Made by a program: the position numbers and the translations under genes. From Eledone cirrhosa (lineage: Eukaryota), in NCBI GenBank assembly GCA_964016885.1, contig OZ024740.1, forward strand, positions 362,700,001 to 362,764,000: 64,000 bases of DNA, written 5' to 3'. Shown one piece after another: positions 15,109 to 27,249 of the stretch. The notes beneath the pieces are model-generated. The model made no database searches. It was not told where the DNA came from and was given only the letters and a program-made list of their open reading frames with translations. The first letter of the stretch is position 1. Every line of letters starts with the position of its first letter.

Positions 15109-15584
15109 ATACCTTCCTGCCAGATTGTTGAACGTATATACTTACCTTATGCATATTAATGGCTGAGTAGCCCAATTTGCATATCGAGTGGGTTAATCGG
15201 CCGGGTGCACCGAAAACGATAAACTGAAAAAATGAAACGAAATATCATTTCCCACTCTTAGTACGGCTGTTACTTAAATATAAGTATGTACACGTACATA
15301 CATATATGTATACAGACGTACAGTAGTATGTATATATATATACATACATGCACACATATATATATGTACGTATGGATTCACCGAACATTTATTATAAAGC
15401 TCGATGTATTTGTAAACAAACATCCCGTATTAAGCCGTAGTGTCTAGCAACCATCGTTGCTCGTTTGTTCAACACTGACAAAGGAACGCTGTACTAGTTT
15501 CAAGCTACTGTACTAGTTCGGGCTACTCAGCCGTTAATATGCATAAGGTAAGTATATACGGTCAACAATCTGGTAGGAAGGTAT

Positions 15585-15627
15585 ACGTTGCTGACGATAG
15601 CTAATAAGCTTGAAACTAGTACAGCGT
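15585..15627 (+). ncRNA. Minimal type I hammerhead ribozyme with palindromic stem III
   Basis: acgttg CTGACGA t agct aata agct t GAAA ctag TA cagcgt. Predicted cleavage after A15621. Confidence 0.85.
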
Positions 15628-15717
15628 TCCTTTGTCAGTGTTGAACAAACGAGCAACGATGGTTGCAGGCTAAAGGAATAGAGGTGGGGAGTTGCGTTGA
15701 ATTTTCTCGATTTTCTA

Positions 15718-15757
<40 letters not shown>

Positions 15758-16015
15758 GAAATACGAGAAAATTCAAAGCAAGAATAGCTGTTAAAACAGC
15801 TAAATGACAGTGTCGGGTAAAGATACATCAAAGAACAGAAATCAGTGGAAGCATTCCTGAATAGCGAGGGGGTGGGTGGGTGGGTGTGGGGGGGGGGGGG
15901 GGTATTGGACAATTTAGTTGTAGTGATTAGTTTAGCTCTTTGCACTCTAAAATGGTCATAAATAAGGGGAACGAGCGAGAGAATAAACAATCAAAGATGG
16001 TAATGCAACGAAAAG

Positions 16016-16280
16016 TGAGGAAGAAGGAGTCAAGTCCCTGAAATCGATGAACATAAGTTCTATGAAATCGTGAACGAGAGTGAATAAAGACCATCAAACC
16101 TGGTCGAAATGTGAGTAAGGAAAGAATTTCGCACAGGTCAAACGGGAGGAAGAATGAGTCAAGTCCCTGAAATCGATGAACATAAGTTCTGTGAAATCGT
16201 AGACGAGAGAGAATAAAGACCATCCGACCTGGTCGAAGTGTGAGTGAGGAAAGAATCTCGCACAGGTCAAACAAGAGGAA
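16016..16280. repeat. ~128-bp direct repeat, 2 copies
   Basis: gagtcaagtccctgaaatcgatgaacataagttc at about 16028 and 16156. Confidence 0.85.
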
Positions 16281-17239
16281 GTAGGAGAGGGAGTAGCAGA
16301 GAGTGAGTGAGTGAAAGTGTGAGGAAGAGGCTAACAGAGAGAGTGACTGTTAGAGGGGGTAAAAGAGGTACAGAGAAAAGGGGAAGCATATATATAAGAC
16401 CGCAAAAGCATTCCCCGCGGACTAAAGAGAAACTGTGACAAAAACCGCATTATATAAAAGGCAACAAAGTATGTTTCAGCTACGCGCGCAGACAAAATGG
16501 TCAAGGTATTGCCGCGGAGATTGACCAGCGTCACCTGCTGTAACAAACACGTCACCTCACGGTGGGGGCTAATTCCTCAGGCAGGCTAATGGCCCTTCAA
16601 TTTTACGGAGGAAATCAGCAGTTCGGAGACCGAGGACAGCTGAGGACTCGGAGCTCCTCTGATTATGTCGTTCAAAGCGGAGTATCAAAGAAACTGACAT
16701 GCGCGTTGGCGACAAGATACGGGTTCCGAACGAACTAGTCAACAACGGTTACGTATTTAAATTGGTCAAATAAACTGCCGACTGGTGGACAAATTTGTGG
16801 AGCAACTGATATCAGATTCAATAACTGGTCATCAGCCATTTGACATTGACATTACACCAATCACTATACCCAACACCTCTCTGTATTTAGTCTCGCCTTG
16901 AGTAATCTCAACTTCCACAAGAGGTAAAGCAATCTTTTTTCTCTCCAAATCAAAATTCCCATCTATCACACTTCTCAAACTATCACACTTACATTGGTAT
17001 ATTGCATAGATAATTAAACATTCTTTCGTCCTTCCATACATTCGAGAAACACAACAACAACATACACATACCCACATCACTTTCACCCACTTTCCCACAT
17101 TACACTACACAGGCATGATCACACACGTACACATAACACATCGCGAGTACACACATACGACACGACCGCACCAGCACATTTATCACTTAAAACAACCACC
17201 TACCATATACCCACACATTTGATGCTCACATTGACACAC

Positions 17240-17300
<61 letters not shown>

Positions 17301-17764
17301 CATACATATATATATGTGTGTTTGTGAGTGTATTTGTGTGTGTGTGTAATAAAAATGTCTTATCATTAGTATCACAAAGCTGCTGCCAACGTTAGATAAA
17401 TATGTGCTTTGGAAGATTCTTCTGGAGAGATAAATATAACTCTAATTAATATTGTCAATATTGCAACCATATATATCTATTGACACGGCGTCTCGTTAGT
17501 GGACGCCACCAATGTTTATTGACACGGCGTCTTGGTAGAGAACGCCAATAACAATAGGTATTTTTCTTAAATGTGGGAATAATTACGGAAGTGAGTCAGA
17601 TATATTTGGCACACACTGCAGACACTCTACTGCACACCACTAACTCACTATTATGAATTGTTCTGTATTGCAACCCCATCGATTACCCCCCCCCCCCCCC
17701 CCCCCCCACACACACATACACCACCCCACCCCACACACATACACCCACACACACATACCCCCCC

Positions 17765-17799
<35 letters not shown>

Positions 17800-18059
17800 A
17801 ATATGCACACAAAATACATGGTGGCTAGGCATATATTTTGACTGATTCTCAGAGTTTCATGATTGTATCTGATTAATCATTGCAGATTAATCTAGCGTGT
17901 GCACCATCAATCTTCAGCTTGAGTACAATTGAATACATATGCTTAGTTGCCATGTATTTTATGTAATATACAATAAATAGCAACATACACTCGATATATC
18001 GAAGATTCATTCTTTCGTAATGACAGTTCACACCCTGACAACGATATACACACACATAC

Positions 18060-18332
18060 TTACGTACAGAACTAATGAGGAATCTGCAGATACTCCACCC
18101 TGACTACGCTTGTAATCTCTGGGATTTATACCTGTGAGCATTGGGGCTCTGGCATATGTAACTAACTGACTCAGTACAAATCTTGAGAAGCTGGGCTTCA
18201 CAGAACCAGAAAGAACACGAATGTTTAGGAAGATGCATTTATAATTCATTAATAGAACTGTAAAAAAACATTCCACAAATTCAGCATGTTATAACTGCAT
18301 ATACATATGTTAGATACAAAATATATGAAACT

Positions 18333-18418
<86 letters not shown>

Positions 18419-18551
18419 GCACGGATGCAGACCTACACACATATTTACCTAGTTGATGTCTAATTTCGGATGAAAGAGTCTTGTGCCTATGCTAGCAACC
18501 GGTTCTCTCTCTATTGGTGAACATTTATAAAATAATGAAACCAGAAGAACG
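18060..18551 (+). mobile_element. Degenerate 3' end of R4/Dong-type RLE LINE
   Basis: Homologous to the reverse complement of 54594-55060 (aatctgcagatactccaccctga..., terminal aaaccagaagaac). Confidence 0.7.
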
Positions 18552-18576
18552 CATGCACATACGCACTACACACACA

Positions 18577-18643
<67 letters not shown>

Positions 18644-18649
<6 letters not shown>

Positions 18650-19052
18650 GAAAAAGTAGAGAATAACATGGTCAACAGTACAAAAAAGAGTATTTATTTA
18701 CAGCCTAACAATTGTTTCTCTGATAAAGTTGTCTAAAAATTGCTGAACATTAGAAGCAGTGCCACTCAATTTATAATACAATGCTAGCTCGATCAGATCT
18801 TCAGAAACTTTATCAGAGAAACAATTGTTAGACTGTAAATAAATCCCCTTTTTTGTACTGTTGACCATGTTATTCTCTACTTTTCAATTTTATTACTCCA
18901 AGATTAACTTACATAGGAATACAAGTGAAATCATAAACTCGTCATCTACGTAAACATCTTGTTGAGTTAAACAACGCCGTACGCTAAAACTGTCCATAAT
19001 AAGAAGTATTCACAACCTCTAAATGGATTACCTATAACGATATTTTGTTATC

Positions 19053-19057
<5 letters not shown>
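18644..19057. mobile_element. (TA)n-embedded element with ~87-bp inverted arms and a hammerhead
   Basis: Arms 18644-18730 and 18806-18891. A related fragment lies at about 45960-46013. Confidence 0.7.
18704..18807 (-). ncRNA. Type I hammerhead ribozyme (stem I clipped by the inversion junction)
   Basis: ttt CTGAAGA tctgat...atcaga GAAA caattg TT agg. 6-bp stem II and palindromic stem III. Confidence 0.65.
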
Positions 19058-19114
<57 letters not shown>

Positions 19115-19331
19115 TGTGTATATACAAGTAAATAGAGAGAGAAAGAGAGAGGAGGCTATCGCGTGTCCGTCTGCGGCAACTTCTTAGATGAAGGAAAAAA
19201 AACCTCACCCTACTCATCAAGATAGCTTGTTGGGGTTGCCAGTTTAGTCGCTGACGACCCGACCACGTGATAGGTTGTATGGGGTTACATGTTACCAGTC
19301 GCTCTCGAGAGTGATCAGACACACACATACG

Positions 19332-19387
<56 letters not shown>

Positions 19388-19410
19388 TGCATATATACAT
19401 ATACATACAT

Positions 19411-19502
<92 letters not shown>

Positions 19503-19723
19503 ATGGCTGCCCCCCTCGTTATCGAGTATGGCCATTGCACGATATACCATTATTAATAATTATCAATTAATTCTATCGTGCAATGCCTGTGCGCGAGGAT
19601 TTTTTTAAAGTGAGGAAAGACTGTGAACTATATACATACATACATACATACATACATACATACATACATACATACATACATACATACATACATAATACAT
19701 ACATACATACATACATACATACA

Positions 19724-19753
<30 letters not shown>

Positions 19754-19754
<1 letters not shown>

Positions 19755-20375
19755 CTCTCTATATATATATAAAGTTGTAGTTCCTGTCTGTTTGTTCACG
19801 AACTCCTCCTATGGTTTTGGAAATAGACCCCCATAACCATATATATTCTGAAACTACATTGCCCAGAGTACTTGGATAAGTATATTTCATTTTAATCAAA
19901 GGCTTCCCCGTTGAAAACTCCCTCTGAAACTTTTTTCCCTTCGATTTATATGAAATTTAAACCATAGGTAAATGACAAGATATGATGCCTACTCCCAAAA
20001 TTTCAGCAAATTTCAATTATATTAAGACACCCTAATGAGGTTAAACCCCCTCTTAGGGCTCCCCGGAGGCACAAACCCCCGCTGAAAATGTTTTCCCTTC
20101 GATTTATATGAAATTTAAACCATAGGTAAATGACATATGATGCCTATTCACAAAAGTTTTGAATTGATATTTTGAAAACAATTATTTAGAAGAAACAAAA
20201 TAAGAATAAGATTTGACAAAAAATGTTTTCCAATTTTTCATGCATTACATTTTATATTGAGTAATATTGAAATGTAGAGTTTTTCTCCCTAAATTATATC
20301 ACTGATTTAAAATCAGTCATCATTTTCTTACCAAAAAATATGTGAAACGCAGCAAGGTGCGGGTAAATCGGCTAG
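19754..20375 (+). mobile_element. Non-autonomous Helitron-like element
   Basis: A|TC start followed by ctgtctgtttgtt. 3' cgca-gcaagg-tgcg hairpin 10 nt before CTAG|T. Internal ~80-bp direct repeat. Confidence 0.65.
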
Positions 20376-20581
20376 TATATATATAATAAGTATAGATCAA
20401 AATATAACTGAACAAAAAGGAAAAAAAGGAAAAACGAACACAAACATATATATATGTATGCGTAATGGACCCAAATCGCTAAGGTGAAAAAAATACTAAC
20501 TACAGACAATAGGGTTTGCTAGACTCAATTTAAGAATAAATTAAGAAAAATAAATACAAACCAGTATTGTGGTAACTACCA

Positions 20582-20664
20582 TCACCCAGACGGTCTTTGA
20601 TAGAACCGTTTCGCAATATTACTTGCGAAGAGATATACCAAATTCCAGGCTCATCAGTGGGTGA
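20582..20664 (-). ncRNA. Type I hammerhead ribozyme
   Basis: tcaccca CTGATGA gc...gc GAAA cggt tctatcaaag accg TC tgggtga. 7-bp stem I and GUC triplet. Confidence 0.88.
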
Positions 20665-20839
20665 AGAAATTAGTATCCTCCTCACTTCTAAATCAAATAG
20701 AAAACTGTAAAAATGTGTATAAATATATAACGCAGATCGTTCCCGAACTTAGCGTGTCGCGCAGACTTACGCCACTAAAAATAGCAGCCGGGTCTACACG
20801 ACATTTGAAATAGCTCTACGAATTAACGGAGCCGAATAT

Positions 20840-20994
20840 ATCAAAAGCATGTATTGAGTTAGAAACTCAAAATAGTCTCATTACAGTAAATTAGCTCTAG
20901 GAAAAAGATTTTTCCGAGCCGTATGTAACTGAACAAGAGCTAATTTACTGTAATGAGACTATTTTGAGTTTCTAACTCAATACATGCTTTTGAT
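20840..20994. repeat. 59-bp perfect inverted repeat with 37-nt spacer
   Basis: Arms 20840-20898 and 20936-20994. Confidence 0.9.
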
Positions 20995-21890
20995 CAAAAT
21001 ATATTTATTTTAATCCTAAATAGCTCTATCAGTATTTGGGCTAGAAACAACCATATTTTCAGAGCTTCATTTACATAAATTATATTTAGGTATAATAATA
21101 TATACTAAACATAATTGTTTAGAACGTGGTTTCGTATGACAAAAAAATATTAAAAATAGAAATACAATCACCATAATTAAAATGGTTAAGTAGTAAATTA
21201 AAATAGTCATTACTCATCACTCTTACAAATATATTTAGCGATTTTTCAAGAAAATTCAAATAGATTATCTTGTGTCGGTAACAACGTCTAGAAAGCAACT
21301 AAAATTTACAACAAAAAAGACATGCATATATTATAAAAACCGCGTGCTTCAAAATTAGCCGGTAACATTAAAAAGCTGAGGCCAAGAAGTAGCCTAGAGA
21401 TAGTATGTATGATGATGCGGATTGGTTTCACACTCAGTATCAAACATGTAGTACACGATGGATACATTTTCTGAAGCATGTGCTCTTTTGGAGATCGCTA
21501 GAAGCTTATTCAAGACCAATAAGACCAAGAGGATGTACACTCCAGCATACATATACATGATGGCTGCAAACTCTGCTAAGAGCACTACACTTGCTTGGAA
21601 CATTATAGAGTTTGGTGCACTTTTAGGCTACGGCCAGTCACACAAACCTGTAACATATCCTGAACAAGCAATGCCTGTGCTTTGAAGGTTTTTTTAAGTG
21701 GGGAACGGCCTTGCACACGACCAATCCCACCCTCTGAGAATTAAAAACACTACCCGAAAAGGAGAACTGGTCAACATCATCGGATGCTTCTGAAGCCGCA
21801 GGTGTTTTTTCAGAGTTTCCCTCTCCTAGAAAGGTGTTGTGACAACAACTGGGGGCCTTTCGCTCCCAGGGAAAAAAAAGTACTATACAT

Positions 21891-22360
21891 ATGGTGGCTG
21901 CCAACTCGTTTTCGAGTACGGCCACTACTTTATATCCATGTAGGAGAACCCCTACCGATGCGCTGAACAAGTGTGACATTTTAGTCCAGCCAGCGACTTG
22001 AAAACTCTGGTACAAACACTACACTTGTGACAATTATTGACACATAGTGCTGGGCCCATGGTACCATGTGATGACAAGTGCAGAGAGATCTCCAGATATA
22101 AAGTAATGCCTGTGCCGTGAAGCTTTTATAGTGACCAAAGGCACTGCACAAAGTCAGTCCCACTCTCTTAACCAAGATGATTTTTACCAAAAAGAACAAG
22201 TCAACATCATTGGATACCATCAGGGTTGCAGGTGTTATATCAGAGTTTTCCTTCTAGAATTCTGCCTTGACAAAGGCTAAGGGGTCATCTCTCCCGGTGA
22301 TTTTGGATGGCCATTGACTCTTAAGAGCTCCTTTGCCTTTTGACAGGTTTTGTTTTTATA
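21891..22360 (-). mobile_element. Bipartite RTE-derived non-autonomous element (5' truncated)
   Basis: Reverse complement of about 52410-52883. Confidence 0.8.
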
Positions 22361-22400
22361 GTTGTTTATACTATATACATAACTATAAATAGTATTATTA

Positions 22401-22401
22401 T

Positions 22402-22432
<31 letters not shown>

Positions 22433-24500
22433 ATATGTATGTTGGAGTGTATAACCTCTTGGTCTTATTGGTCTTGATTAAGCTTTTAGTGATCTCCAAA
22501 AGAGCACATGCTTCAGAAAATTTATCCATCGTGTACTGCATGTTTGATACTGAGTGTGAAACTAAGTCCGCATCAGTATACAAAAGTTCTCGAATCAACA
22601 CAATGAATGCCACAGATTTATTCTTAAATTTTCTTAAATTAAAGACTTGTCCAGGTGTTCGGAAACGCAGGTTTATGCCTCGATTACAGTTGTGGAATGC
22701 ATAAGCAAGGAGAACGGCAAAGTATATTGCAAATAGTGTTGGAGCAGGAATGACTCCTTGATTAACACCATTGTCCACAGAAATTTGTTCTGCGAGTTTC
22801 CCATTAAATACAACCCTGGCGTTCAAGTCTCGATGTATTTGGTTGAAGATCTGCAAATATTTCTCTGGACAGCCTAAGTTATTAAGAATGATCCACAAGG
22901 CTTCTCTGTTAACTGTATCAAAAGCCTTGGTCAACTCGATAAAAACTTGATACAAAGGCATGTGCTGTTCTATGCATTTTTCCTGCAGCTGCCTAGCCGA
23001 GAATATCATATCCACTGTTCCCCTTGCTGCTTTAAACCAGATTGACTTTCTGGAAGAATCTTTCGAAAGATGATTCAGCATCAACCTAGATACTATCTTT
23101 CGAACAGATTCCAGTATTGTGATCCCACGAAGGTTGTTACAATTGTAGAGGGGGTTCAAGATTCTATCGATCCAGTCTTGTTGTATCGGCACTCCTTCCC
23201 AACAAAAGAAGTGCATGGATAGTCGATGATAAAATGGACTCCTCCAGCTTTCAATAATTCGACTGGAATCCCATCTATTCCTTGTGTCTTGCCTAAGTTT
23301 ATCTGTGTGGTTGCCTTTCTGATTTCTTCAATAGTCTGTGAATTGACCATTGATAATATTATATCATGCTGAGACAGGCTCTCTATAACATCAAAGTTGA
23401 CTATAGCAGGATTGTAAAAAAGATAAGAGAAATGCTCTTTCCATCTCTTCATAATGTTCTTTGGGTGCTTATAGAGAACTACACCACCCTTCGATTGCAC
23501 ATTGATAGTGGAAGATGATCGAAGACCAAATGATTGTCATAACAAACCGTTTATAAAACGTTTTACTATCTTACTATTAAAGGAGGTTTGTATCTGTTGA
23601 CATATCTTTGACCACTAATTGCTTTTCATCTTTCAAAGTATACGTTGCAATGTGGCTTTGTATTCTTTATATACCTGCTCCTGTTGATATGGACCAAAAG
23701 TAGAAACAATTATTAGCCTCAGGGAATTAACCAGCGTTGATGTGACATGCAATGTTCAGTGCATCTTTTCTAGCACTTTCCCAACACACTAAATGAGCAG
23801 TGCCCTCCTTAACAGGGCTGCCTGCCTCTACTGAAATTTGTCCCTGTCACAAGAAGACACAATAACGATGTTAAGATAAGACCCTGCCACCTATGTTCAG
23901 ATTTGTAAATGCCTGCTTATAACGGGTTAGGTCTGCACACTTCATCACCTTCCCATCGCCATAGGACTTTTAATAGATAAAATGATAGATGAGAGCATAA
24001 TGAAAGAGACAACTGTATATCATTGGATTACAGTGGTAAACGCTTGTACAACATGAGTACCGCTCTCTAAGTCTCAGTGATTATTATCTGATGACAAGCC
24101 TAAGCAAGATGACCAGGAATCACGTAAACCGCATGTTTCACTTCAGAGTTTTCCTCACCTAGAAGAATACCGTAACAACGGCTCAAGGTCCTTCACTCCC
24201 AATGGAATTTCTTTTTTTTCTCTCATCTGCGGACACCACACCCGTAGATAAGTTGCAGTAGTTCGTTGCCTTTGTGATACTGACAGTTGACCAAGGAGAG
24301 TCTTCCGCTCAGTACCAGGTGACATACGCCATTGATTCTGACTTTAATTTATCTGCTGTAGTTCACCATCCATCACGCTGAAAACACTTGGCTTCAGCGT
24401 AACCTTGACAGGGTGACTCCTGAGTTCTAGGCTTTGCTAAATGGTCCATCCGTGATTTGGTCTGAGTTTGCTTATTTCTGTATTCGTAGACCAAGGGTCT
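22401..24500 (-). mobile_element. Degenerate RTE-clade LINE (5' UTR to RT)
   Basis: RT motifs RGTVDMIFSARQLQEKCIEQHMPLYQVFIELTKAFDTVNREALW and GVNQGVIPAPTLF. Frameshifted upstream RWKEHFSYL..GIDGIPVELLK. RTE-like 5' UTR motif ggaaaactctga near 24145. Confidence 0.85.
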
Positions 24501-24889
24501 CCTAATCCAGTTAAAAGTTCGAAAGTTAAAAATCTAAGTTAGAATTTAAAAGGTAAAACATTAAATAAAACAACAACAGCTAGAGTCACCCACAATTAGA
24601 TACATATATACACACTCTTGGATGGCCGTTGACTCTCGTGAGTTCCTCCGACCTTTGGCGGGTTTTGTTTTTCATGCCGCAAGGTGTCCAAGATCACCCT
24701 CCTCACTAAGAAAGCTCAGTGGGGTTGCCGGTTTATTCACCAACAACCCGACCATACAACAGGTTGTACTGGGTTACATATTACCAGTAGCGCTCGAGTG
24801 ACCTGACATATCCATCCATCCATCCATCCATCCATCCATCCATACATATACATACATGTTCATACACATACATGCATTCTACATAATCC

Positions 24890-25095
24890 CCATGGAAATT
24901 CAGCGTGTCATAGTGCGTGTGTGTTGACAAGAATGCTCCTTTGAATTACAGGTACAACTCATTTTCCCCAACTGAGTGGACTGTAGCAACGTGAAATAAA
25001 GTGTCTTGCTCAAGAACGCAACATGCCATCCGTTTCGGGAATCGAACTCATGATTGTGAGCCGAACACACTAATCAGTAAGTTACACACCTTCAA
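24890..25095 (-). mobile_element. SINE family B copy
   Basis: aacgtgaaataaagtgtcttgctcaagaac...gggaatcgaactc is the reverse of the family B head. Confidence 0.7.
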
Positions 25096-26039
25096 AGTGG
25101 GACATCATAAAATGCCAATGAACCACACAATGTTTATTTATAAAACGAAGTATTTACTTCATCTCTCATTCTTAAAACGTTTCCTAACTAATTACACCAA
25201 GTTAATGAAGCTACTCTTCGTGCCTAACATACCAATATATTCCATTTTCTACCAAACTTACCAATATATATACCATGCAGCTGCTGTTAGTGGTGATATT
25301 GGTAGAAAGAAAAAAGTAAGAAACGGAAGGAAGAAAAGTGAAGAAAAGAGGTTCAGACATATAGGAGGCGGGTAGGAAAATGAGAAATATGAGAGGGAAC
25401 GAGAAAGATGGGGATAATGATGATGGGGATAATGATGATGGGGATAAATATGATGATGATAGTGATGGTGATGATGATGATGGTGATGGTGATTGACAAG
25501 AATGAGAAGAAAATTGGATAATGATGATGGTGTAGATGATATTAATAATGATGATGATGTGTAAGAAGAAGAAGGAGGAGAAGTAGTAGGAGGAGGAGGA
25601 AAGAAATGCCATTGTTATAGCTTATTATCGATGTTCTCTTGATTCAAATAGTTAAGAGTCGAGTTGAAGCTGTGATGTACCGATGAAATATTTCATATAT
25701 CACTTCTATAAATAAAAATAAGTATATAACAAATATTTCAATACACCAAAGCACAAAAGCGAAAAAAAAAAAAAAGGCCCTCACCAACATAAAAAAAACC
25801 CGGATGGCTGTTAAGTATTGAGTCGTAATAGATTGAGTAAATATAGTTACCACAAACAAATAATTCCATAGTTTTTCTATTATATTTTTCTTCTATACAA
25901 GTGATTAATTATGAGAGAGAAACAATTAGCTTGAGTGAACGATAACGGATTAACAGCCGTCGAGAAGAAGGACAAATATTGCTGTTTTTGTTGTTGTTAC
26001 TGTTGTTTCTTTATAATTTTACATTCATTTATAATGCTT

Positions 26040-27200
26040 TAGTTGAGGCGTATGTTCTAGTGATTGAGGTGTTCGACTCACTGTTATAAAGCCGTAGGTT
26101 CAATTCTTGGACCAGACAAATTATGGTGTTATTAAGTAAAATATTTTATTTCACATTGTTTCTTCTGCTTGAAGTTGCAGGACATTCGGAGAAAAGAGGA
26201 ATAAACCAACTCATTTTTACTTGCTGAATGGATTCGGGTAACGAGAAATAAAGTGTTTTGCTCAAGAACACAAGGCACCGCCGGGAATCGAACTATCGAC
26301 CTTAAGCACTAAGCCACGCACCTTTATGATTAATTCCTTCCTTCCTTTAACCCATAATGCCCGTAGGAGTCGTAGGGCTACTGTAGTGGCATACAGCGTG
26401 TCTTGGATTTATTTAAAACCTCATGGAGTTCCTCTTCTCTCCAGGTCTGACCGCAGCCAATTTCTTCCAGAGAAGGAAAAAGAATGATACAGAAGAAGTA
26501 AGAGATATAGAGGAAGAATCGACTCCCCAGTACTGGATTGGTACTCTATTTATTGACATTGAAAGGCTGAAGGGCAAAGTTGACTTCGGTGGGATTTGAA
26601 CTCAGACTGCAGAGAGCCGGAACAAATACAACAAATCACTGTATCCAACATTCTAAAGACTGCCAATTCGCTGTTTTCTCTACTAATTAATGGCTTCTGG
26701 TTTAGGCACAAGGCCAATTTCTCGACTGTAAAACGATTTCAAACAGAAAATCTTCTTTCTTTGTTTTTGTAACTTTATCGTCGACGCAGCTGATGGGGAA
26801 TTTAAAGGAGTTACAGCTGATATTTAAACAATTATATCTGGAGATTCTTGTACATACATAATACATATTTTGAATCTTGGTACAATGATATTTTCTTAGA
26901 AAAAAGACCAAGCAGAATATGAAAGAGAAACACCGAATAATGGTAAAGATGGTTATTTGATTGAATTTATATTTGCAAAAATATCTGATCAGTTTGTAAG
27001 CCTGTATTTCTGTGTATGTTTAAAAGTGAAGGCACGTGGCTTAGATAATGCAGTAGGTTCCATTCTTAGACCGGGCAACGCGTTGTGCTTTTGAGCAAAA
27101 CAGATTATTCCATGTTGCTCCACTCGACTAAAAATAAGTATCAGCATCAACATCCGCTGGGATGAACTGTCGCCATGCCGAGAAGAGGAGTCATGTAGTC
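26040..27200. mobile_element. Several degenerate SINE copies (families A and B)
   Basis: Cores at about 26040-26160 (+), 26200-26325 (-), 26515-26670 (-) and 27025-27200 (+). Confidence 0.55.
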
Positions 27201-27249
27201 TACGCCAATGAAATTGGAATAAACACCTGACTGATGAGCCTCCGAGCTT

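Larger units (their letters stand above)
14795..15715 (-). mobile_element. Retrozyme-like element: about 1.67 copies of a ~426-bp hammerhead unit plus an inverted segment, flanked by (TA)n
   Basis: 14795-15087 is repeated at 15221-15506. 15520-15666 is an inverted copy of about 15026-15173. Confidence 0.8.

Noticed and set aside
16330-16960. GC-richer unique-looking segment, possible exon or transposon remnant
   Set aside because: No recognisable protein motif, ribozyme fold or terminal repeats, so it is left unannotated.
18460-18510. Hammerhead-like spacing in the R4/Dong 3' UTR (CGGATGA...GCAAccggTT)
   Set aside because: None of the three copies in the window has an intact core.
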